From Macrostomum lignano (lineage: Eukaryota), in the NCBI GenBank assembly GCA_002269645.1, contig NIVC01001463.1, positions 124,001 to 188,000 of the forward strand: 64,000 nt of DNA. The letters run 5' to 3'. The notes under the pieces are model-generated. The model was not told the origin of the DNA. It worked only from the letters and a program-made list of their open reading frames with translations, and did no database searches. Shown in pieces: positions 55,401-64,000 of the stretch (position 1 is its first letter; each line of letters opens with the position of its first letter). Both the position numbers and the translations under genes were made by a program.

Positions 55401-58400
55401 ACTTTGGGCAATTTGCGCAGATTCGGCGACAATTTCAACGATGAGATGTGTCCACGATCGTCGCCGACAATCAGGATGGGGTGCTTTGGATTGAAGTCGA
55501 TGTGGGTCAGCTTGGCCTTCTTCTTCTGGGCGACCACCTGTTCGCAGAGGGCCTCGTATTTGTTGATGTTCAAGTCGAAGACGTGCACCTTGCCGTCGGC
55601 GGTGACAGCGGCGAAGACTGTGCTGGAGTAGGGCGACCAGGCGGCGTCGCCCACTGGCGAGTTCAGGTCGAACACGAACACGGGCTCTCTGTGTGATGGG
55701 GGGGTTTGAGAGAGAGCTTCTTTTGAGTTAAGAAACTGGTAACAGTAATAAAAATCAATGTAATATTCAATAAATCAAAAGTCAGAAATGAAGCAACTCA
55801 CGTCTTATTGTGATCCCAGATTTTAACAGTCCAATCGGCCGAGCAGGTCATGAAGATGCTGGGATGGAACGGATTCCAAGTCACCTTGTACACGGCCATG
55901 TGATGGGCGTCGTAGGTCTGCAGATACTGAGATGAATAAGCGGTGCTGCACTTGAACACCTTGCCCTCCTCGGTGCCGACCAGGAATAGGTGGCTGGCCT
56001 CTCGGTGAAAGTCGAAGGTGGTGCCGGAGGCCAGGTTCTCCAGCTTGATGCCGTCCGGGCCTTCGACTGGACCGCCCTCCAGCTCTAGCTTGATCACGTC
56101 CTGTGACACGAGGTCGTTCTGGCGGGAGCGGATGGAGATAAGGGGGCGGATGGAGATAAGGGGGCGGATGGAGATAAGGGGGCGGATGGAGATAAGGGGG
56201 CGGATGGAGATAAGGGGGCGGGTGGAGATAAGGGGGCGGATGGAGATAAGGGGGCGGATGGAGATAAGGGGGCGGATGGAGATAAGGGGGCGGATGGAAA
56301 TGGAAGGGAAGCTGACTCTGTGGGATCAGCATAGCCAGCAATAAAACTCCTGAGATAAAAATGGTGCTCAAATTGCCTGTCGAATCTTCCAGCCAGCACA
56401 GAGGACAGATGAGAGTCGGGACTCAAACGAACAATTCTATATCTCGACGACAAACAAAGCAAGCAATTAAAAGCAGAAAAATGGGATCGAAGCTGGCATG
56501 TCAATTATGCCAATCGATAATTCGGAAAAATGAAAATTAAAGATATCAATTAAATATTTAAAGACTTTCGTTTGATTTGAGACAAGGAAATCCCATGGAT
56601 TTTCCATGGATTTTCCAAAAATTTCCACGTATGTGAATTTGTAATTTGACAATTAAAATCATAGCGTGATGAATGATTTTGTCTGAAAAAGAATAGTAAA
56701 AGCACACGCTTGAAGCGGGACTAAGCGAAAACAGCGATGCAAAAGTACAATCCTCTCGATCTCAAATTCTGCTTTTTGGGACTTTCGAAAAAAAAACTTG
56801 CGCGTTCTTGTTTTACTCACGGTTGAAAAATGATGCGCCCCGACGCCTTCCTGGTTAGCGGGTTATCGTGCGTTGATTAAATAGATTATTATGCTAAAGT
56901 TCGTGTCGGGCTACTAAGTCTAGCTAGCGAGTAGAGTACAACGGACATAATTGTTAGCTAAAAAGTATATAAGGAATTTTAGGAAGCACAATACGTGAGT
57001 ATTGTATCAGAAATGCAAGAATACTACTGAAATTTGGCAAACAACTTTGAAATTAATAAAAGATATTGTTGGCTAAAAAGTGCAACAAATATGGGAAGAA
57101 ACGGAAATACACGCTCGTAACATTACGAGCAAGAAATGTTAAATTGTCTACAATAAATTTTAGGTATTCATATAATTCTAATAGGGGATCTTAAAGCATT
57201 TGAGACACCTCTCAAGTGTGGCTTTACAGACAGTGTGGCATTTACAGACAACCCAGTGTGGCATTTACAGACACCCCAGTGTGGCATTTACAGACAACCC
57301 AGTGTGGCATTTACAGACACCCCAGTGTGGCATTTACAGACAACCCAGTGTGGCATTTACAGACAACCCAGTGTGGCATTTACAGACAACCCAGTGTGGC
57401 ATTTACAGACAACCCAGTGTGGCATTTACAGACAACCCAGTGTGGCATTTACAGACAACCCAGTGTGGCATTTACAGACACCCCAGTGTGGCATTTACAG
57501 ACAACCCTGTGTGGCATTTACAGACAACCCAGTGTGGCATTTACAGACAACCCAGTGTGGCATTAAAGGCAACTCAGTATGAAATTTAGAGCCATCAGAA
57601 GAACACTGCACAACCAACCTTGATGAGAGTCCATGACGTCACCCGACCATCGGAGCTGGTGCTATAAAAGTTCATATTATTGTCCAGATCGTCCTTGGCC
57701 CAGCACACCTGCCACACCGGGTCCGTGTGCTTGCCAGTCCGTGCGCTGGACTGGTAGAGAGGCCCACGCTTCTTCTGCACGGCGCTATACACGGCGACAC
57801 TGCCGTCATACAGACCGGCGCAGAGCATGTGCGGGTACTCAGGGTGGAGAGCGGCAGTCAGGACGGCCGAATCTGTCTCGAACACGTACTCTGGGTGGCT
57901 GGGATTCTTCAGCGAGTAGAAGCACAACAAGCCGCGCGTCTGCTTCATGAAGTCGTCTGTTGGAGGAGCGTATTGGTTGAACCTGTGACGTCATTATCTA
58001 TTTTTGGGAAGGGCAGAGCAGCTAAGCGCCAAACGCGTCTGCAACCCGGGTCAGTGGTTCGATTCATTTGGGGCTTGAGCACGAAAATTAGCCGGGTGGT
58101 TGTCGTGCGATTCACCTCAAAGGCAACAGAGAGTGTACATGCCTGACGATTAGAAAGTCAGGGCCGCTGTACACCCTGTGTGAGCGAATGCATGAGTGCG
58201 TGCCTGAGTACAGTATTGGCCCGCTTGTGTGCTCAGGAGTCAGTGGAATGGGCAGAATTGCCTCAGCACTGGTTTTGTGGGACACTCACACGAGCCGTAG
58301 GCGATGGCGAACAAGTCGTGATACTTTGGTGACCACGTGATCGACGTCACGGCAAGTTTGCGCGCCTTCTCGTAGCCGAACTTCCACAGCGGCAGCAGGG

Positions 58401-61400
58401 TGCCCTGCTGGTCGCGGAACTCGTCGGACGGGTCCTCCCAGTACTTGAAGTCCTGGGCGATCTCGTCGAAGGAGTTCTGGTTCACCATGCGCTCTAGCAT
58501 CTTGACCGCGTGCTCAATCTTGGCAAGGTCGTCCGCCTTTGATATTTGTGTGAAAATAAATTTGTTTTATAAGTTCTGATATGGCTTTAGTTTAGTCTAC
58601 TTTGAGTAGAAATATAGGCAAAACGCCAAAAATCTAAAGAATTTTGGAGAAAAACTGTTGTTCGACAACTTCAAAAAGATTTGGACGGTGGTGCAATGCT
58701 TAAAAATTGTGCATCATGATGACGTCATGTCCGCTCTACGTTGAGCAGAATCAGCTCAACAGGGTTTTTTCTACATCAACTACTTTCAATGCTAGCAAAG
58801 TTGAGTGCAGATGCTTTTAGCTTTCAGAGACAACACGTCATATTGCTCACTTTTTGTGTGCGATTTTGTTTTTGTTTAAACTGGAGGTCTTCAGAATGCA
58901 GAAAATTTTGTTCAAGGTTGTTTCCTACAATACGTTCGTAAGGCAGTTCAGGCTGATAAAATTTCAAAGGGACCGATGTACTTTTACCTCGTTTCTCTGG
59001 TGCCGGCTGACGCTCAGCACAGCTGCTGGCTGGCGCTGCGAATTATCGAGTCAGCGTTAAATTAGATTTTTTACTGGAACTCTCTGCACTTTATCCACAC
59101 CTGTTGCCATTTTCAGGTCATGGTTCAATTAGTTGCGGGACCTGTTAGACAGGAGCTAAACCTGTTAGACAGGAGCTAAACCTGTTAGACAGGAGCTAAA
59201 CCTGTTAGACAGGAGCTAAACCTGTTAGACAGGAGCTGTACCTGTTAGACAGGAGCTGAACCTGTTAGACAGGAGCTGAACCTGTTAGACAGGAGCTGAA
59301 CCTGTTAGACAGGAGCTGGACCTGTTAGACAGGAGCTAAACCTGTTAGACAGGAGCTAAACCTGTTAGACAGGAGCTGAACTTGTTAGACAGAAGCTGAA
59401 CCTGTTAGACAGGGGCTAGACTGTTAGACAGGAGCTAAACCTGTTTAGACAGGGGCTAGACTGTTAGACAGGAGCTAAAATTGTTAGACAGGAGCTAAAC
59501 CTGTTAGACAGGAGCTAAACCTGTTAGACAGGAGCTAAACCTGTTAGACAGAAGCTGAACCTGTTAGACAGGAGCTGTACCTGTTAGACAGGAGCTAAAC
59601 CTGTTAGACAGGAGCTGAACCTGTTAGATAGGAGCTGAACCTGTTAGACAGGAGCAAAACCTGTTAAACAGAAGCTGAACCTGTTAGACAGGAGCTGAAC
59701 CTGTTAGACAGGAGCTGAACCTGTTAGACAGGAGCTAAACCTGTTAGACAGGGGCTAGACTGTTAGACACGAGCTTCAACTGTTAGACAGGAGTGAAGCC
59801 TGTTGAATGTCTGACTGTAATGAAGATTACAAAATACGAGTAACAACCTTGCGCATTGTTGGAAATCGACTTATTAAACATGAGAGTCGCAAAACGGTGC
59901 CCCATCGACCTGTCGCTCACCTGCGTGTCCATCACGGTCAGCCGTTTTCTAGCCTTCTCCTCGGCGCCTTTGCCGGCTCCACCGCCTTTCTTCTCCTTGC
60001 CCTTCTCTTGCTGTTGGCGGGTTGAAGAAGATAATTGTATTGCTGACTAAGTGACTGATTAACTGACTGACTGACTGACTGACTGACTGACTAACTGACT
60101 GACTGACTGACTGACTGACTGACTAACTGACTGACTGACTGACTGACTGACTGACTGACTGACTGACTGACTGACTGACTGACTGACTGACTGACTGACT
60201 GACTGACTGACTGACTGACTGACTGACTGACTGACTGACTGACTGACTGACTGACTGACTGACTGACTGACTGACTGACTGACTGACTGACTGACTGACT
60301 GACTGACTGACTGACTGACTGACTGACTGACTGACTGACTGACTGACTGACTGACTGACTGACTGACTGGCACAAAAGTACAAAAAGTGAACTATTGTGA
60401 CTGAAAACAATGTAGACACGTCACGCAAGACTAGGTAAAAAGTGAAATTCTCAACATCAAATTTTAACCAGCAATTTTCTAATCACTAAATTTGTAAATC
60501 ACCCGCGTGACAGATTTCTTTTCTAACTGCACGACAGTACGCTATTTGGGAGTATTTCTCGGAAAAGGGTGATATTTTACTTGTTTAGGACGGTGCTTTC
60601 TGGCCGCCGCAGCGACGGCCAAGAATTTTGCCATCCTTGACGACGCGCCGACAATGAAGGGGCCAAACAGGCCGCCGGTTTTATTTGCATCCTGACTGTG
60701 CAGTGCCGGCTGAGTTTGGGCAGCCATTTGGGTTGCTGCTTTACTTCGTTGATCAACTTTGATGAGGTTGGAGTGAGGCTGGGCAGGGTAAGGGATTTTG
60801 CGGGAGAGAAATTCGAGTGGAGTGGGTGATTGATTGGCAAAAAGAAATTAGAGTGGGGTAGGTGATTGGAGGAGAGAAATTGGAGTGGGGTGGGTGATTG
60901 TTGGAGAGCAATTGGAGTGGGGTGGGTGATTGGTGGAGAGCAATTGGAGTGGGGTGGGCGATTGATTGGCGGAGAGGAATGGAAGTAGGTGGGTGATTTA
61001 CGGAGAGAAAAAGGAGAGGGGTAAGAAATTGAAGAGGAATTCCGTATTAGTATTAGCCAATTAGGAACACAAGACAGCAATGACACGAAAACGAAGAGGA
61101 ATCAAACGATACTCTTTAGGGACCGTCGCATGCCGCATGCATTGTTTTTTCTGTCTTTCGTTAGTAAAACTCGATGAATATTTTTCTGGTTTTAACGATG
61201 AAATATAGAACTTTAAAAGTGAAAATTGAATATAGGAACATTTTCAGTAAGAGAGTGGTTGACAGTTTAAAAGAGGAATAATTTCTTCACTCAAGGAAAG
61301 GTTGTCCATTGAAAAAGTAGGAAAGACTGACTGCAGTTGACATTCACTTTGGAATTCTGGTACCTGGGCTTGACCTTCTTTGCCTTGCTAAATATCGAAA

Positions 61401-62798
61401 ATGGATAATTTTTATCAGCATTTTAATTTTTTGACGACAAAAAACAGCGAGGCGCACCATAAGGGTAAAACCTTGATAAAGCTACAGATATAATGGATAT
61501 GCCACTCGCAAATTCTACTATTAAGTCTTTAACTTTGCCTTAGGCTGTGTACGATGGATCCTCCTTTTCCTCCTTGACTTTCTTCCTATTGGCTCATAGC
61601 CTCCTCAACGCCTTCTCTAAGAGCGTGCACGCAAGTCGCGAACTTTCAATCCCCTTCCCTCTCGCCCCCCCACTTTATTGCTTTAGACCATACACTTTAG
61701 TCTGTGGAGCAAAGCTAATGTACGAGCGTACATTATTGCACCGATTACAAACTGCTTACGCATATTATCAAATCAATAGAAACTGTCCTAACTTTTTATT
61801 GTTATGAAATTATTTACATTTAGAAAGCCATGCGCACTCATACGCCCAAAAGTAGACTAAAGTGCATTATACAAGAAAAATTAGCTAGGGGGTTTTAAAT
61901 CGGTGCATAATTTGAACTCACGTTCTTCTCAAAGTCGGCCTGATAAGCATCGAAGATGATCCACTGATTGGCCGTCTGGGAGAAGTTCACCCTCGGTGGT
62001 GGCTCCGTTTGATTCTCTCGCTCCTGCATGAATTCAAAATAATTGCTGCTTGATTAGACTGTAATTGGCCTGTTTTAAATTACTATAAGATTAGATAATT
62101 GAAGATAACGAAGCTATAATGAGTATCCTCTAAATTGAAAAACTAAGAGGGCTGTTTAACATTATTTAAGCCTGTATTTTTCGATAATTAGATTATCACT
62201 TCAGTGAAAATATAGAGAAAAAGTGCGATTCATACTACTTAAAAAAGTTAACTCACCCGAAGTGGATTATTGTAGGTCTGTGTGGCTCGCTCGCAGAAGT
62301 TAAACTGATTTGTCAGCTTCTTGCCAGATGCAGCTGGGGCCGGAGCGTCTTCATCCTGGAAGGTATTAGATAATTGAGATCACGGTCTGTTTAGTAAAAT
62401 TCCATTGCCAACGTACTATTTATTAACTAAGAAATAAGCATAGACTGTGCACTATGCCACACAATTGGCCAGTGGTTTCAAAAAATGAAATAAAATAACA
62501 ATGAAAATTTCCTTAAGCCGATCGATCAACATGAGGGAATGTTTTGTTTGAAAAAAGAACGTTCTAAATAAACAAAACCAACCATATCTTCGTCAGTCGC
62601 CTGAGAAATGGTGAAATTAGAGTAATGTATTTGTTTCTTTTGCATCGAAAAGATAGCTATTTAAATGCGACAGGGTTCTAGTTGCAGAGATATCATAGAG
62701 AATTTCTATGCGCTTTTGAAATAGCTCTAAAAAGCTTACCCCCTCTTCTTTCGGAGGCGCCTCGCCTTCGCTCGCTTCAGCGGCTTCATCGATTGGCT
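52396..62798 (-). CDS. DNAI1: Axonemal dynein intermediate chain 1 (WD40), 3' portion; gene continues upstream
   Basis: In-frame GT-AG exons 62798-62740, (62600-62583), 62355-62257, 62023-61922, 60010-59921, 58536-58290, 57956-57619, 56118-55802, 55688-55403 and 52473-52396 (stop). Hallmarks [82 protein letters not shown] and LKLSPNLRK. Confidence 0.95.
52630..52825. repeat. 22-bp minisatellite family B, locus 2 (TTTTCCATGTCTAACAGGTGTC)
   Basis: Directly visible; DNAI1 last intron. Confidence 0.85.
53577..54050. repeat. 46-49-bp minisatellite (GAACTGAGGCGGGAGGGGTAGAGATGGAGGCTCCGTAGACCCCAAT)
   Basis: About 10 copies. Confidence 0.92.
54712..55215. repeat. 33-bp minisatellite (GGATCCGGTAGGATGTCTCATGGTCAAGCTAAC)
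   Basis: About 15 copies. Confidence 0.94.
55403..55688 (-). CDS. DNAI1: DNAI1 exon ([17 protein letters not shown]...LRKLPK)
   Basis: WD40 repeat; donor AAA|gtaagt. Confidence 0.95.
55802..56118 (-). CDS. DNAI1: DNAI1 exon ([11 protein letters not shown]...[10 protein letters not shown])
   Basis: WD40 repeats; donor AC|gtgagt. Confidence 0.95.
56128..56300. repeat. 18-bp minisatellite (GGATGGAGATAAGGGGGC) abutting a DNAI1 splice acceptor
   Basis: About 9 copies ending about 10 nt from the AG at 56120-56119. Confidence 0.92.
57215..57562. repeat. 23-bp minisatellite (CCAGTGTGGCATTTACAGACAAC)
   Basis: About 15 copies. Confidence 0.94.
57619..57956 (-). CDS. DNAI1: DNAI1 exon (YDFMKQTRG...SWTLIK)
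   Basis: WD40 repeats; donor AAG|gttggt. Confidence 0.95.
58005..58280 (+). mobile_element. SINE copy 3 (3'-truncated), antisense within a DNAI1 intron
   Basis: B-box GGTTCGATTCA at 58056; core GGGCCGCTGTACACCCTGTGTGAGCG at 58161-58186; 3' part matches copy 1. Confidence 0.68.
58290..58536 (-). CDS. DNAI1: DNAI1 exon ([21 protein letters not shown]...AYGS)
   Basis: Conserved ERMVNQN and LLPLWKF; donor T|gtgagt. Confidence 0.95.
59140..59790. repeat. 20-bp minisatellite family B, locus 3, inverted (CCTGTTAGACAGGAGCTAAA)
   Basis: About 32 copies; each contains the hairpin CCTGT-TAG-ACAGG. Confidence 0.93.
59921..60010 (-). CDS. DNAI1: DNAI1 exon (QEKGKEKK...[10 protein letters not shown])
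   Basis: Phase 0-0; acag| and |gtgagc. Confidence 0.88.
60048..60370. repeat. (GACT)n microsatellite
   Basis: Directly visible. Confidence 0.97.
61922..62023 (-). CDS. DNAI1: DNAI1 exon ([27 protein letters not shown])
   Basis: Conserved QTEPPPR...ANQW. Confidence 0.93.
62257..62355 (-). CDS. DNAI1: DNAI1 exon ([33 protein letters not shown])
   Basis: Conserved light-chain-binding region NQFNF.ERA.QT. Confidence 0.93.
62740..62798 (-). CDS. DNAI1: DNAI1 acidic linker exon ([19 protein letters not shown])
   Basis: ttttcgcag| and GGG|gtaagc; acidic composition typical of this linker. Confidence 0.78.
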
Positions 62799-63174
62799 CT
62801 GCGAAAAAGAGGAGATCCATCTAATTATCTTCTCATAGGATAATTAAGTTTTAAAATGGAATATTCGGACCAAAGAAAACAAAAAGAAAATCTTCCCTAT
62901 AGAAAAATTCCAAAATTAGAAAAAATTTTCTTTTTTCTACTATGTTACGACTTATTTTTTTATTAAAAAAATTGATGGGCGATGTGTACACACGTTAAAA
63001 TTAGATTATAAAAACTGATTATTTTTTAATACTATAAAATCCTCTTTTAAAATTTAAAGACTTAAATTTATCCATAAGTTTTATGAAAAGATTTAATCAT
63101 ATTTCATTTTCTCTCTCGCAGAATTTTAGTCTATGGTCCTACGCTCTCACGCAAAGTTCTGTTTCTATTTCTTC

Positions 63175-63900
63175 CAAGGACGACTTAAGTAGAAGGACGG
63201 GAAACCTCGTTTCTTAGAAAATTTTTGAAGGCACTTTTTCCCGAAAAAATACACTACGGAGATAGGAAATTTTCATTTTTTCAGCACAAAAATTGCTATT
63301 ACTTTTGATAGGAGGCAGATCCAGTGCTCATCTTTTGATATTTTTTGCCTTTTTTATTGCTCTATCGATATTTATAAAGCTTTTCGTTCAGAAAATTAGG
63401 ATTCTATGTCAATTTTTTATTCTACGTACATTTCCTGTATCTGAAAATCACAAAAATGCATGACACAGCTCCAATATTTGGTTTTATGAACCTATTTTAT
63501 CATCTCTGTTACGAATATTTGCTAAACAGTCAGTTAAGAATGATAAAATAGACTTATAAAACCAAAGAGCACGGCTCTAATGTATTAAATGTAATGTATT
63601 TATAATGCATTCTAATGTATTTCAATCACAAGACACGTGAAAATATACGGAGAATAAAAAAATTTACATAGAATCCTAATTTTCTGAACGAAAAGCTTTA
63701 TAAATATCGATAGAGCAATAAAAAAGGCAAAAAATATCAAAAGATGAGCACTGGATCTGCCTCCTATCAAAAGTAATAGCAATTTTTGTGCTGAAAAAAT
63801 GAAAATTTCCTATCTCCGTAGTGTATTTTTTCGGGAAAAAGTGCCTTCAAAAATTTTCTAAGAAACGAGGTTTCCCGTCCTTCTACTTAAGTCGTCCTTG
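63175..63900. mobile_element. 726-bp fold-back/MITE DNA transposon with about 250-bp TIRs and an 8-bp TSD (hAT- or P-superfamily-like)
   Basis: Begins CAAGGACGACTTAAGTAGAAGG and ends CCTTCTACTTAAGTCGTCCTTG; near-perfect inverted match to about 63428/63648; ATTTCTTC at 63167-63174 and 63901-63908. Confidence 0.9.
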
Positions 63901-64000
63901 ATTTCTTCCTGCAGTTTTAGTCTATGGCCTTACTCTCTCACCCAAATGTTTCTATTTCTTCCTGCAGTTTTAGTCTATGGCCCTACTCTCTCACCCAACT
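63901..64000. repeat. About 53-bp minisatellite (CTGCAGTTTTAGTCTATGGCCTTACTCTCTCACCCAAATGTTTCTATTTCTTC); first unit at about 63120-63174, interrupted by the MITE
   Basis: Same unit on both sides of the insertion; array runs off the window end. Confidence 0.75.

Noticed and set aside
61548-61590. Possible extra 33-nt DNAI1 exon ([11 protein letters not shown])
   Set aside because: Weak donor (gtacac) and a poor polypyrimidine tract.

Overview
Eukaryotic (animal) genomic DNA with spliceosomal introns and a very high load of micro- and minisatellites. The style resembles the free-living flatworm Macrostomum, but this is inference only. Four protein-coding genes could be assembled by hand from GT-AG signals and reading frames. 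(1) A secreted M14B metallocarboxypeptidase, CPE/CPD-like (minus, about 31.8-38.5 kb). (2) An unrecognised four-transmembrane CD20/MS4A-like protein (plus, 40.4-42.2 kb). (3) A complete Atg8-family GABARAPL2-like gene (minus, 46.9-50.2 kb). (4) The 3' part of axonemal dynein intermediate chain DNAI1 (minus, 52.4 to at least 62.8 kb; its 5' end lies beyond the window). The first 31 kb has no recognisable gene and consists of tandem arrays separated by short unique islands. Mobile DNA includes a tRNA-headed SINE family (3 copies), a 726-bp fold-back element with about 250-bp TIRs and an exact 8-bp TSD, and smaller MITEs. The most interesting signals are: candidate in-frame cassette exons and a micro-exon in the DNAI1 N-terminal region; minisatellite families shared between introns of unrelated genes; oppositely oriented GGCGATT arrays bracketing one carboxypeptidase exon; higher-order structure in the large arrays; and a 5' AT-rich to 3' GC-rich codon gradient in all four genes. 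No CRISPR array, rRNA or intact tRNA was found. All homology calls come from recognising motifs by eye, not from database searches.
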